Positions 40,424 to 57,859 of a stretch of DNA of 64,000 bases are shown in pieces. The DNA lies in NCBI RefSeq assembly GCF_009914755.1, contig NC_060937.1; one strand, written 5' to 3'. The notes beneath the pieces are model-generated. The model was not told the DNA's origin. It saw nothing but the letters and a program-made list of their open reading frames with translations, and made no database searches. This stretch comes from the human T2T-CHM13v2.0 reference genome, Homo sapiens. Position 1 is the first letter of the stretch. The number at the start of each line of letters is the position of its first letter. The translations under genes and the position numbers were made by a program.

Positions 40424-42812
40424 TTTTTTTTTTCTTATTTCAATAGTTTTTGGGGTATAGCTGGTTTTTGGTTACATGGATAAGTTATTTAGTGGTGATT
40501 TCTGAGATTTTGGTGCACCTGTTACCGAAGCAGTGTACACTGTACCCAATATGTAGTTTTTATCCCTCACCACCCTCCCAGACTTCCCCACAAGTCCCCA
40601 GAGTCCATTATCTCATTCTTATGCCTTTACATCCTCATAGCTAAGCTCCCACTTACATGAGAGAACATACGATATTTACTTTTCCACTCCTGAGTTATTT
40701 CACTTAGAATAATGGCCTCTGGTTCCATCAAAGTTGCTGCAAAATATTAATTTGTTTCTTTTTATGGGTGAGTAGTATTCCTTGGTGTATATATACCACA
40801 GTTCTTTATCCACCCGTTGGTTGATGGGCACTTAGGTTGGTTCTATATCTAAGCCATTGCAAATGCTGTTGCTATAAACATGCGTATGAATGTGTCTTTT
40901 TTTCAAATAATGACATCTTTTCCTTTGGGTAGATACCCAGTAGTGGGATTGCTGGATCAAATGGTAATTCTACTTTTAGTTCTTTAAGGAATCTTCATAC
41001 TGTTTTCCATAGTGGGTCTACTAATTTACACTCCCACCAGCAGTGTAAAAGTGTTCCCTTTTTGCCACATCCACACCGAATCTATTGTTTTTGACTTTTT
41101 AATTATGGCCATTCTTGCAGGGTAAGGTGGTATCTCATTGTGGTTTTAATTTGCATTTCCCTAATGATTAGTGATGTTGAACATTTTTTCATTTGTCTGT
41201 TGGCTGTGTATCTTTTTTTGAGAAATGTCAATTCATGCTCTTTGCCCACTTTTTGATGGGATTAGTTGTTTTTTTTCTTGTTGATTTATTTGAGTTCCTT
41301 GTAGATTCTAGCTATTAGTCCTTTATCAGATGCATAGTTTGCAGATATTTTTTTCTACTCTGAGTTATCTGTTTACTCACTGATTATTTATTTTGGTGTG
41401 CAGAAGCTTTTTAGTTTAATTAGGTCCCATTTATTTATTTTTGTTTGAGTTGCCTTTGCTTTTGGGATTTTAGTCATGATTTCTTTGTCTAAGCCAATGT
41501 CCAGAATAATTTTTCCAATATTATCTTCTAGAATTTTTATGGCTTCAGGTCTTATATTTAAGTCTTTGATCCATTTTGAGTTGATTTTTGTATAAGGTGA
41601 GAGGTAGGTATTCAGTTTCATTCTTCTACATGTGGCTTGCCAGTTTTCCCAGCACCATTTACTGAATAGGGTGTCCTTTCCCCAATTTATGTTTTTGTAT
41701 GCTTTATTGAAGATCAGTTGGCTGTAAGTATTAGGGTTTATTTCTGGGTTCTCTATTCTGTTCAATTGGTCGATATGCCTATTTTTATAGCAGTACCATG
41801 CTGTTTTGGTAACTATAGCCTTGTAGTATAATTTGAAGTCAGTTAATGTGGTACCTCTAGACTTGTTCTTTTTGCTTAGTCTTGCTTTGGCTATGTGGGC
41901 CGTTTTTTGGTTCCATATGAATTTTAGGATTGTTTGGATTGTTTTTTCTAGTTCTGTGAAGAATGATGATGGTATTTTGATAGAATTGCATTGAATCTGT
42001 AGATTGCTTTGGGCAGTATGGTCATTTTCACAGTATTGATTCTTCCATTTCATGAGCATGGGATGTGTTTTGTTTGTGTCATTTGTGATTTCTTTCAACA
42101 GTGTTTTGTAGTTTTCCTTGTAAGATTTTTCACCTCCTTGGTTAAGTATATTTCTAAGTATTTTATTTTATTTTTTATAGATGTTGTAAAAGGGATTGAG
42201 TTCCTGATTTAATTTTCAGCTTGGTTGTTGTTGGTATACAGCAGTGCTACTGATTTGTGTACATTGATTTTGTATCCTGAGACTTTACTGAATCCATTTA
42301 TCAGATCTAGGAGCTTTTTGGATGAATCTTCAGGGTTTTCTAGGTATCTAATCATATTATTGGTAAACAGTGACAGTTTGACATCCTCTTTTCCAATTTG
42401 GATGCCCTTTATTTCTTTCTCTTCTATAAGTACTCTGGCTAGGACTTCCTGTGTTATGTTGACTAGAAATGGTGAAAGTGGACATTGTTGTGAAGGACGT
42501 TTTGTTCCATTTCTCAGGGGGAATGCTTTCAACTTTTCCTCGTTCAATATGATGTTGACTATGGGTTTGTCATATATCGCTTTTATTACTTTGAAGTAAG
42601 TCCCTTGTATGCCTGTTTTGTTGAGGGTTTTTATCATAAAGGGATGCTGGATTTTATCAAATGCTTTTTTGTATCTGTTGAGATGATCATATAGTTTTGG
42701 TTTTTAATTCTGTTTATGTGATGTACCACATTTACTGATTGGCCTATGTTAAACCATTTCTATATCCCTGGGATGAAACCTGCTTGATCATGATGTGTTA
42801 TCTTTTTGATAG
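40424..42812 (-). mobile_element. 5'-truncated L1 (L1PB-type), ~2.4 kb, frameshifted ORF2 RT/C-terminal region
   Basis: ORFs 42209..42637 and 41388..42098 translate to L1 ORF2 ([15 protein letters not shown] as a decayed [18 protein letters not shown]). Poly(T) on the left. TSD cacatgtatcaacatttct / cacatgtatcagtatttct (17/19). Confidence 0.95.
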
Positions 42813-43798
42813 CACATGTATCAGTATTTCTGTGTATAGATTTTGCCTTGTATAATTAAACACATTTTTTAAGGAAAAAAAATTTAAGGAAAAACTATTT
42901 TTAAGGAAATATTTTCAAGAGATGATAAATAAAACCATAGATACTTTTTTGGGTCTTTTTCCCCCTTATATTTATTTCAAAAAAGTATTTATATATTTCA
43001 TGATTAAGTAAATTCAACTGTTTTAGAAAACAGGGTATGTCCATGTTTAACCATGTTGCCAGTACTAGGCAGCAAAGGCTTGGGTAGTTAGTATGTAAGC
43101 AGAATTCTGTGCATAAGTTTCTATTAAATTTGATTGTTTTCCTTGGAGAAAGGGATTAAAAAATTTAAAAACTTCTGCCTACCAGTTTGTTACTTTTAAT
43201 GTGAAATGATACACAAAGTTGGATCAGTATATTGATGAAATTTTTAAGGGTTCTTATCCAGAGAGTTCCCAGTGCCCTTCATTTTATAGGTTTTGCTACT
43301 ATTATAAATGTAATAATGCCCAGCAACTCAGATAGATAAATGACATAATGAATATTATTTAAGGAATATATCTGTAATAAACTGTTTGTACCTACAGATA
43401 CCACCTTGTCTTCTTTTCTGTAATTACAACTATTAAAGTATCTCCTCATTTTATTTTCTTGGAACCACCACCAAAGCAAGCATCAAGAAATCCTAATGTC
43501 TAGCAAGCAAACGGGGAAGACTTTCTCTTGTGAGAACTCAGACATCATCACATTTGTAAAGGAAAGGAGGCTGTGCTTAGAACTGGCTTCTGCATATAGC
43601 CAGGCACTCCAAAATGTGGCTGATGGACAGACCAGGAGATCTTTGTCAAGGATTAGAATTTTCCATTTCTCAGTGCTGTCTGGAACCTATATTCTGTTTT
43701 TCTCCTCCTGTGTATATTGTACTCTCAGGCATAATGGACTCTTCTGAAAATAACACACATTTCCTAAGTCGGATAGTGGTAGAAGGTTGCTCACATGA

Positions 43799-44101
<303 letters not shown>

Positions 44102-45389
44102 TAAGAATGTGTATTTGCGTAACTTCATTTGCAGTTTGGAACTAGAAACTGCTCCAGACACACGCTGACTTTTCCTTTGGCTCACTTTAACCTTAGTAAG
44201 ACACTACCCTTTATGGCCTGACTTGTGCTCTCCTCCCTTTGAAAAGTGATGGATATCCCTGTGTGGGTCAGGTCCCCTTCTCTCTGATGTCATTTTCTTC
44301 CCTTACTCCCTCATCACTATCACTCCTAAGACGCTCTTTGCTTTTGCTTTTACCAGATAAGCTCTGTCTCCAGAGCTTTTGTAGCTTTCTGCTCCCAAGT
44401 TATTTGCATGGCTTGCTCTGTGCCTCCCTCAGGTCTTTGCTCAGATGGCAGCTCTATCCAAAAATTGTAGGGCGGGGGGAGGTTGACTTTTTGGTTCATT
44501 GCTGTGTATCCCCGATGCCAAGAACTATGCCCAATACAGGTAGGATCTCAAATATTTGTTGAATCAGTCATTTTTAATCAAAATATGGAAAAATGTGTCA
44601 GGCGTATGTGCACACGCACACCCTCCTCCCACACATTTATGGTTTGAAAAGCATCTTAATGACATTCACCTGGGGCTTTATCAGCTTATGTTGGTAAGTT
44701 CAGTATGGTCCAGGTAGTAATTTTTTTTTTTTCCCTTCAAAGTTTCAGAGTACTTCAAAGGACATTTAGTCTAGCTCTTGGTCATGATGTTCCCTTCTTG
44801 AACTGGATATCATGGAGTATCTTATATTAAAAATCCATAAAAGTGGTTTGAGGAGAGATTGGTAGATGAGGAAATAAAGACAATAAATACAGACAGCTCT
44901 TTCAAGAAATTAGGATATGAAGGAGAAGGAGAAAACCATAGTAAAAAGTTTGAAAGAGGTGGAACAAGCAATTTTTTTCTGTCTTTATGCATTTATGGAT
45001 ATATAAATAGTTTTATTTTGTTTTGTTTGTTTAGAAGTAATAGATGCTCAGATCAACAACAAATTTCGAAAAACAGAAACTATTGAAAAATAGAAAAGTA
45101 AAGACTGACCCATAATCCTACTGCCAGATAGAAATAATTTTGGTACATGTTTATTTATTCAGTAAGTTTTGGCTTATTCTGCTTTGTAAATGCAGAGCTG
45201 TGTCATCATGCTGATGGCTGACTAGAATCACATTATTTGATGTATATGGTTATTGTAGACCATACATTTATCCTTGACTATGTGTCTCCAAACTAAACTC
45301 TTGGAAAGGTCACTGCTAGACAATGTGAGATGGTCTATTTCCCCAAACTTAAGCAAATGCTAGGTATTATTCTTTTTAATTGTTTTAAA

Positions 45390-45810
<421 letters not shown>

Positions 45811-46099
45811 TAGGTCATTTTTCTAGCCAGGATCCTATATTTTTCTTATTTTAAAATATGTTTTATACATTAAGGGTATTGGCCCCTTTATTTATGTTGC
45901 AAATTTTCTTGTGCAAATACAACATGCATGACACTTTGCCATGAACTGGGGCTCTGGGAGATAAGCATGCAGTGAAGACCCGTAAGTGTGAACCACAAGG
46001 TACACTTGAGATGGTGCCAGTGGCTTCTCATTACTGCAGTGGAAGAACATAGATGGGAGAGTAGGTCAAAGTGAGTGATGTGACTCATAGGATTATTAA

Positions 46100-46210
<111 letters not shown>

Positions 46211-47083
46211 TGCAGTTTTATGTACCCTTGAAAAATGGGAAAGAAGTAAAAATGAGGGTTGTGTTACCTAGCTGGCTGGGTAGCAGTGGATGTTGGGATA
46301 TTCTTTCCCTTTTGTGTTTTAATATATTTACTGCATTGTTTCTCAATGGACCAGTCACCAGAGACTAATTATTGCACTTAAATATTTGCCTGAGATACTG
46401 CAACATTCTCAAACCCATGGTTGCAGTATTGTGACACTTAGATCTAGGAAGTTTTTGTAGAACTGCTCTGTACCTGAATACTTTTTGAGAGAATTAAGAT
46501 GTATCAATAATGCTTTGCCATATGAGTTTTTTAAAGTAACTTGTTCAATTTACTCACGTGTTCTAAACATCTTTCCATTACATGTTCTGTATTTTAATAC
46601 ATTGCATATTGACAACTAGGTTCTATAATGTATGCTTTGAAATTTACTTTTTTATAGTTTACAGGAATTTTATTTTTTGTGCCTATTTCTTTTTACACCT
46701 ATGTGAACCACTATGGAACAACTTAAATTTTGTGCCATAAAAATATTTTTGTGGTAAGGTACTATTTTTTTAGCTCTAGGGATATATCAGCAAAAACACA
46801 TCATGCAATTTGAGACACATAATTTTGTGTTGAATGAGCACAACATAATTTGAAGCATTGCAAGGAGATAACCAGACAGCAGAATTAAATGGTCCTGTCT
46901 TTTTCATTTTTAATTTATTGTCATACATGGGTTTCATATTTATAACGGCATCATGAGCTCATTGCACTTAATACCTGCAATGTTTGCTACTGTACCACAA
47001 TTGATTTTCAATACTTTATTACGAAGGATGAAACTGTAATGTTTTATTAACAATGCTTCTGGAAATGAATGCATTTTAAAGCA

Positions 47084-47089
47084 AATAAA
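47084..47089 (+). terminator. Proximal polyadenylation signal AATAAA
   Basis: Canonical hexamer in the 3'UTR, followed by T-rich sequence. Confidence 0.5.
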
Positions 47090-47197
47090 TCTTTTTGATA
47101 GACCTTTTACAAAATCCATTTGCACTAATGAATGCTTTCTTATGGCATATAACTTAATATTTGTTACTGTGTACACTGCTGTTTTGGAATGTTCAGA

Positions 47198-47203
47198 AAT
47201 AAA
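47198..47203 (+). terminator. Distal polyadenylation signal AATAAA
   Basis: Canonical hexamer, with an upstream TGTA (CFIm) element at ~47170 and CA dinucleotides 10-20 nt downstream. Confidence 0.75.
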
Positions 47204-47977
47204 GACTCTATTTCAGCAATATCAGGTCATGCATGAATGTACAGCATAAACAGTGTAACTACACATGTGTTTCACTACAATTGTGAAAATGCTTATTGTT
47301 ACTCTGTTCTTGTGCAGGGCATTTATATCTCAAGCAGGTAGACTTAGAATATTCACATTTGTAAAATTATTCTTCTTTTCCCAAGTACTCCTGATAAGAA
47401 TTGTATGATTTTTCTTACATTAGTTTTAGTTAGGTAGTTTTACAGGGAGGTTTAGGTCCATTTAAAGAGGCCACTAAAACTCACGCAGCATGTTGCTGAG
47501 AAACACATTTACAGATGAACATTGTCAGTGGAGATTTTAATATTTTATAGGAGTTGAATTTGAAATACTTTCTCAGTATCAGTAAAATAGCAAGTACTAT
47601 CCTTATTCTGCATTATATTTGATATATGTTGGAAAACTTTACTTGAAGGTACTGTGGGAAGTTTAGGCAAAGATTTTTAGGTTAGGTTTTGAAATGGAGT
47701 TCTACCTATAGTCATTAGAGGTTTTTAGTTTTTTTAAAGTGTACCTTTGTATGTAATTCTCTCTAGAACTAAAAGGAATGTTTGTTTAAATAACTTGCAC
47801 TTTAAGTGGAATGTGAGCTAGAGGAGGTAAGATATGAAAAGGGAAGTAATATTTATTAAGCACCCCTTCAGTCAAAAGAACTGTGCAAGATATTTTATAT
47901 ACATTTGTCTAGGACTAACTTTCACCTACTATTATCACCATTTTAAAGATGAAGACACTAAGTCCCACAGAGGTGAT

Positions 47978-50698
<2,721 letters not shown>

Positions 50699-51125
50699 GT
50701 GACATTAGTCTTGGGTAAACATTTAGCAATGTTTAAATAGTGCAGCTTACCTTTGAATCCAGGTTTATCTGGCTCAAAAGTCTTATTTTTCCCCACAACT
50801 ATGCTCTCTTCCAATGAACACAGGTAGCTGGTATTTTTTTTAATCACTTTTTATTCTGCAGAGAAAAAGGATTCGATTCGTTCTCCATTCAAATGTTTGA
50901 TTTATATTCAAAAAAGTCTGCTTAGCCCTTGCAATAAAATAACAAAGATCCCTTCATCTTGGCTTTTACATTCTTGTTGGGGAGAAACCATAAACAGGTA
51001 AGAAAATCACTGCAGGTTAGGTCATAAGTTCTGTGGGGGAAAAGAGGAGATCAAGACAAGAGGAGTTAAGAGAAAATAGGGGTGGGGAGAAATCATACTA
51101 TTAAAAGGGTCACCTCAGTAGATAT

Positions 51126-51717
51126 TAATATAGGAGTTAAATTATTTAGGCAGTTAGTGAGGGTACAGGAGTCTTTGGTAAGGTTTTCCTTTAATGAAAA
51201 GGCAGCCCCCAAATCATTTCTTTTCTAACAAAAAAAAAGCAGCCTGAAAAATCAAGCTGCAAACATAGATAAGCAACTGGAAGCTTGCATACGTGAATGC
51301 CGGCAGCCGTGCCAGAAGCATCCAACATGGAGGTTTTCTCTTCCCTTTTCCTTGTCACCACATGTGCAGGTGTCATGGCGCTGGCCAGGTAGAAACCCCA
51401 TCTGTATAATAAAAGATTAGAGTGGGATGGCCAGCGTCTTCGAGGGCTATGTAAATGTCACACCTGGTCCAACCAATCCCCTGGGCCTTATGTAAATCAG
51501 ATACCGCCTCCTCGAGCCCCTCTATAAAACCAACCGCATCCCGCTGCTAACAGGGAGATCCATTCGGAATCCCCCTCCCTCTACATGGGGCAGCTTTTCT
51601 TTTGTTTCTTTCACCTATTAAACTTTCCGCTCTTAAACCCACACCTTGTGGTCTTCATTTTTCTTAGTGCGAGACAACGAACCTCGGGTGTTTCCCCAGA
51701 CAAACGATGCCACTTCA
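51126..51717 (+). mobile_element. ERV1-class (MER4-group-like) solo LTR
   Basis: 4-bp TSD atat and CA end. CCAAT (51473), TATAAAA (51523) and ATTAAA (51617) in U3-R order. U5-like gagacaacgaacctcgggtgttccccagaca. Confidence 0.8.
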
Positions 51718-51926
51718 ATATCGTTAAGGAGCTAGTATGAGCAAAGGCTTGACGATGGAGAGTTAGTCCTGAAGATGTTTCACAACCTTTTTCATCTGGA
51801 GTTCTACAGAACATGAAATAGTTGTAGTGACTATTTTCACAGTTCTTCCCAGGAGGGTTTATAACTATTATTATTTTAAATGCACAGGAAATAATTTAAT
51901 ACATTATAGATAGCGGATGTCCCAGG

Positions 51927-52050
51927 GCAGTGGTTTCAAAGTGTAATTCTAACACCAGCAGCATCTTTTGAGAATTTGTTAGAAGCTGATATTCTCAAGC
52001 ATCATCCCAGATCTATTGAATGAGCCCTCTGGATGATTTGCAGAATACCC
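51927..52050. mobile_element. MER5A-like fragment
   Basis: cagtggtttcaaagtgt...accagcagcatc...tttgttagaa. Confidence 0.65.
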
Positions 52051-52059
52051 TTTGAGGAA

Positions 52060-52760
52060 AGCTGCTAAAAAAAGAGGGAATAGCCTGTGTGGAGGAAGGC
52101 TGTGAGGTGGAGCATGCCTGTGTGTTTGAGGAAGAGCAAGGAGGCCAGTGTGTCTGCAAACAGGGAACAAAGAGGAAAGCCATAGAAATGAGTTCAGAAA
52201 GGTGATGGGGCAAGGCCAGGTAGGATATGGTGGGCTACAAATGGACTTTGACTTAACTCTGAAACAGGAAGCTGTTGCATGGGTTTGGGCAGCAGAGTAT
52301 GGGATTTGACTTATTTTAAAAAGCATTAACCTGGCACTTGGTGAGGATGGATTGTAGGAGGCCAAGTGTAGATGCTACCAGGATGAATTCAAGTATTTCG
52401 GTCTTTCAAATGAGATGATGAAGAATTGAACCAGTGTGGTAACCAGTGTGGTAGCATTTAAGATGGTAAAGTGGTCAGATTTTTAGATATATTCTAGAAA
52501 TAAAACCGTAAGATTTATTTGGTTTGGATGAACTATTGGATTAGATGAGCTGTGTTAGCAATTGAGGAAAAACTCCAAGGGTTTTGGGCTGATCAACTAG
52601 GAGGACAGAGCTCCTACAACAGATACGGGAAAGGCTATGGCTGGGAGAAGGTTCAAAAAGCCATGGTTCTTGCGGAGATCACCAAAGTGAGTTCAGGTAG
52701 ATAGGAGAGGACTCAGGACTGAGATCTAGGGCACTTAGGCCCTTTATCTCATGTGAGTTG
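52060..52760 (-). mobile_element. L2 fragment
   Basis: Purine-rich L2 antisense phrases (gagcaaggaggccagtgtgtctg, gtggtcagatttttagatatatt). Confidence 0.7.
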
Positions 52761-52882
52761 CTCAAAGGAGATACCACGGATAACAACCTGGAACTCATAC
52801 AGGAAAGAGGATGCTTTTTTCTCCAATGTGGAAGGGAGTTGTGGTGTTGGGTTAATACGGACAACCTAGCATGGTTTACATT

Positions 52883-53380
52883 TGTACTAGTTAGCTAGTG
52901 CTGTGTAACAAGTTAGCACAAGACTTAGTGGTTTAAAACAATATTATCTCAGTTTCTGTGGGTCTGGCATCTGGCTATGGCTTAGCTGGGTTCTCTGGCT
53001 TAGTGTTTCTTACAAGGATGCAGTCATCTCGAGCATGCTTGTGGAAGAACCTGCTTCAAGTTCACTTTTGTGGTTGTTGGAAAAACCCATTTCCTTGTGT
53101 GCTGTCAACAGAAGCTGCTCTCATAGTCTCTTGTTGTGTGGACCTCTCCTTGCGCAGGTCAAAAAGTAGCATCTTGCTTCATCAGAATGATCCAACAAGA
53201 TGGAAATTAAGGCCTTTTAAACGTAATCTTGAAAGTGAGGTCTCATCACTTTTGCCCTACTCTGTTCATCAGAAGCCAGCCAGTAGGTCCAGCCCTTATT
53301 CATGGGGAGAGAATGACACAAAAATGTGAATGCTGGAGGTGAGGATGATTGGGACCATCTTAATTATAGAAGCTGCCTGT
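52883..53380 (-). mobile_element. MLT1-type MaLR LTR
   Basis: tgtactagtt...gctgtgtaacaag...cttagtggtttaaaaca...gggaccatctta. Confidence 0.75.
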
Positions 53381-53389
53381 AAAACATTG

Positions 53390-55920
53390 CCATTAACTTT
53401 ACCAGATAATCCCAACCAATTTCCAAAATAACTGTATAATATTACGTTTTTGCCAGCAGTGTATGAGAATTCCAGTATATCCTTGCTATACATCCTTGAT
53501 ATTGTTAGTCTTTAACTTTTTAATCTGTGGGTGTATAGCAATGTCTCCTTGTGGTTTTAATTTGCATTTCCCTGGTTGCCAGTAAGACCAATACCTTTTC
53601 CTTTTCATTCATTTATTAGATGGATTCCTGTTCAGATCTTTTGCTTATTTTTCTTTTGGGGTTTTTTGCTAATTGCAGTAGTTCTTCATATATTCTGCTA
53701 TAGTCCTTTTTTCAGTTATATGTGTTATAAAAATATCTTCCCCCTATGTAGCATGACTTTTAATTCCCTTAATAGAGTGTTTTGATAAATAGAATTATTT
53801 TAATATAGTACAATTTGCCATTTTTTAAGGTTACTCTTTTGTGTCTTGTTTAAGGAGTATTTCCTTACCCTAGGATCGTGATACATTCTCCTTTCTTCTA
53901 GAAGTTTTGTTATTTTACTTTTCTCCTATAAATTTATAATCTACCTGGATTTGATCTTTATATATTGTACAAGGTAGGGTTACAATTATATTTTATATTT
54001 TCCATGTGCATATCTAATTGTCCTAGTAACACTGAAAACTTCATCCTTACCCCCACTGCTTTTTGTCATAGCTTTATATTTGTCTGTTTTGGAATTGTCT
54101 ATTTTTGCACCAGAGCCATGTTGTTTTAATCACTGTAGCCTTATATAAGATTTTCTAAATAGCAGAGCAATCCTGCTCCCTTGTTTTCTCTTAAGAGTGT
54201 TTTGACTATTCTTGTCTCTTTGCATTTCCATATATATTTTTAAGCAAGTGGGTCAAGTTCAAGAAAAATATCCTATTGGAATTTTGATTGGGATTGCATT
54301 CAGTTTGAGGGAAATTGAATCTTTACAATTTCAAGTCTTATAATTCGTGAATATGATCTACCTCTTACTGATTCAAGTATTCTTAAATCTCTTATTAAAA
54401 TTGTATAGCTTTTCTATGGAGAAATCTTGCCGGAATAATTTCTAAGTATTTGATTTTTCATGCTGTTGTAAATGATATTTTAAAAAATTTTATCTCTAGT
54501 GGTTTCTTTTTAATGTTTTATTCAACAACCTTAAATTTATGTTGGTTTATATTAACTTATCTTTAGAATACATAGAAACTGTATCTGTACATACAGTCAA
54601 ACATATGGATATTAGATTATTTCTTCCTTTCCTATTTGTATATTTTTTTCTTTCTTGCCTATGGTTTTTGATGCAATATTAAATATATAATAATAGGTAT
54701 CTTTCTCTCTTTGCTATTTTCAGAAAAAAAGCTTTCTATTTTACCCTTAGTTTTAAATTTGCTAATAGTATTATTTTATTGTGAAAGAATGTGAATTTTA
54801 ACAGATTTTTTCTGCATCTATAAAATATGATCCTATTAATAATCTATTATTAATAGATTAAAATGATTATCTCATTTAATCTGGTAATATGCTGACTTTA
54901 ACATAGATTTTTTGAATGTTGAATCAACTTTGAATTATTGAGATAAACCCAGTTTAGTCATGATTGTGTTTTTCTTTTAAAGACAGATGTATTTGACTTT
55001 CTAATGCTTAGGATTTTCGTCCAATTTTATGAATAAAATTGGTCCATAATTTTTTAAAAAACTGTCTCTATTAAGCTTTGGAATGATGATAGCATTAATC
55101 TCACAGAGTGAGTTGGGGATATTTTGTCTTTTTCTATCTGGAAGAATTTGTGTAATATTGGAATTATTTTTCCCTTAAATATGTGATAAATCTCTAGTGA
55201 AGCCTTCAGGAATTAGAGTTCAGATCAAGTCATGTTTTACAATCTGATGTTGTTTATACTTACTCTATTTCCAAGAGTTGTGATAAAACCTCCCTCTATA
55301 ATGGTGAGTGTAAATGTTCCCCCTTACAGTTCTATCAAATTTGCTTTATGTTTTTTGACATACACCATGTAACTTTGGTGTATACATATTTAACAAGTTT
55401 TATCTTCCTAGCAAAGTAGACCTGTTATCAATGGAACTATTCTTTATCTTTTTTTAATGTCTTGAAACCTACTTTTCTGATATCAAGGCTATGTTAAATT
55501 TTAAACACATCAGATTTCTTTTAGTGCTTATATAATGTATATTTTTAAACCTTTTACTTTCAAACTTTTAGAAGTCTTATGTTAAGCATCATATAGTTTG
55601 TTGATTTTTTTAAAAATCTAGTATGAACATTGTTGACTCAACTTCAGCATTTAAACCATTAGTATTTAAAATAATCACTGATATATTTAGATTTCAATCT
55701 ATCACCTTTTTATGAGCTTTCTGTTTGTTGTGTCTGTTCCTTTGGTTTCCATTTTAGTCTTACTTTAGTTTGCTTTATCATTCTGTTTTAATTTCCTACT
55801 AGTTTGAAAATTATAGCCTAATTGTCTTTTGCTATTCTTTTAGTGGTCACCCAAGAAATTACAATTTGCATCTGCATTAATCTTTGTCTTTACCATTCTT
55901 CTAGGGAGTATAAGGACCCT
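53390..55920 (-). mobile_element. Diverged L1M/L1ME ORF2 remnant
   Basis: Long T-rich tract with L1 antisense phrases (gtggttttaatttgcatttccctg, ggaattttgattgggattgcatt). Confidence 0.75.
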
Positions 55921-56929
55921 TAGTGTTATACCTAATCTATGTATGTGCAATTGAAGTGTCAGCCTGGGACTGGGGAGAAGAAATCATATACAGACTTTTA
56001 GGCTCTCTGAAATTCAGAGAAAACAGTCATATAAACAATGCAGCACTGTGTCGACAAAAGATAGAAAAAGATACACAGAGTGGTTTTAGGACAGAGGGAA
56101 TGATCAACTTTGATGGGATCGGAAGGTTTTCCAGGTAGCTTAAGTGTTATTATTTTATTTTAAACTAGGCTCTGAGTTTATCCATTCAACAAATATTATT
56201 GAGGGTCTACTATTTGTTAGGTTTTGTGCTAGATGCAGAGGATGTAATAGCCAATTAGTCAGGCATGATTCCTATCATCGTGGAAATTACATTCCTGATT
56301 CTAGTGAGAAAGGTTCAAATCAAATAAGCAAAATACTATTTCTTTTCTGCAAAGGAAAAAGTAGGAGCTGAGATATAGAATGGTAGGGAATGAGAGGAAG
56401 AGAAAAAGGATTATTTCAATAGGGGTTCTCTGAAGGTATCCCATTTAAATAATCATCCTTGGGACCTCCTCTTCTGGGAAAAGGATATTTAAGCTGAAAA
56501 TGTACAGGAGTTAATCAAGTGAAGAGAAGGAGAAAGATTTTTCCAGGCACAGATAGGGAAGATTTTGGGGTGTTTGAAGGATCAACAGAAGATTGGGATG
56601 GCAGGACCTCAGTGTGCTGGTGTCAGGATTGGCTACATCATTTGTGGGAGCTAGCACAAAATGAAAAGGCAGGGCCCTTTGTTGAAAACATATTAAGAAT
56701 TTCAGGATGGTGACAGTGGAGTATTAAACCAAGTCTGGGACTCTCCTAATCATGGGTCCCTGCATACTGTGTAGGTGGCACACCAGTGAAGCCAGCCCCG
56801 GCTAAGAGGAAAGAGGTAAGAGCTGAGTTGGAGGAAGAAGCAGAGGGAAAATCTTGTGGAACCTCAAGGCTACATGAAGCACTTTGAGCTTTATTTCAAA
56901 TTCAATGGGAAATGATTTCTTAATAATAC

Positions 56930-57130
56930 CAGCACTCATAATGCTTTTCCTATGTGCCAGATACTCTGTGTAGCTCTTTAGAACGTTTTACTTATGTGAT
57001 CCTCACACAGCCTTATGGAAGTAAATACTATTATTATCTCCATTTCAAAGATGGGGAGACCCAGGTGCAGAAAGGTTAACTTATGCCAGGACGCAGAGCT
57101 CTTAAGAGGCAGAAGTTGGATTTGAATGCA
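56930..57130 (-). mobile_element. MIR
   Basis: MIR core ctattattatctccatttcaaagatggggagacccagg...agaaaggttaa. Confidence 0.7.
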
Positions 57131-57544
57131 GTTCAAAAGGAGTGAGTTGAGCAAATTAAAAACTTACTCTACCTTTATATGAGAATAAATTAAAGAGAGC
57201 CAAGAGTGGAAGCAGGCACAAGGCCAGTGGACATTCCTTGCAGAGACAGCAGTATGTACAAAGGAATGGTGTGTGCAAGGACCTGAAGTTACATTGCTAA
57301 GTCAATCAGGGATTGGTTTAATTTAGCTGCATTGTAGGGTATAAGGAAGTGCTGTAAGAAACAAAGCCAAAGGCTGGGCAGGAGCCAATTTGGGGAGGGC
57401 CTCGTAGCTCATGCAAAGTAGGAGTGGGGAGCTAGATCTCTCTGAGGGAAGATGTGAAGGCAAGAATGATACCTAATTCTATGTTAGCCAGGCTCAGTGC
57501 AGGTAGCACTAATTAGCTTTTTTAAGGCAGAATTTTTTAAATTA

Positions 57545-57859
57545 ATTTTTTTCATTTATGTTATTATGTTTTAGAGAGAGGATCTTGCTCTGTCACCCCA
57601 GGCTGGAGTGCAGTGGTACAACTGTGGCTCACTGCAACCTCAACCTCCTGGGCTCAAGTGATCCTCCCACCTCAGCCTTTTGAGTGGCTGGGACTAAAGG
57701 CACACTCCACCATACCCATTTAATTTTAACCTTTTTTTTTGTAGAGACAATGTCTGGCTATGTTATCCAGGTTGGTCTTGAACTCCTGACCTCAAGTGAT
57801 CCTACCACCTCCACCTCCCAAAGTGCTGAGATTACAGGCATGAGTGACCTTGCCTGCCC
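57545..57859 (-). mobile_element. Alu (AluJ-type)
   Basis: Diverged antisense dimer. Confidence 0.9.

Larger units (their letters stand above)
46211..47220 (+). other. SLAIN1: SLAIN1 3'UTR (end approximate)
   Basis: AU-rich and free of interspersed repeats, running from the stop codon to ~15-20 nt past the distal AATAAA. Confidence 0.8.

Noticed and set aside
41388-42637. Longest ORFs in the track (236 aa and 142 aa) as a host gene or active reverse transcriptase
   Set aside because: They are frameshifted L1 ORF2 pieces of a 5'-truncated element, with the catalytic FADD motif decayed (FTNN).
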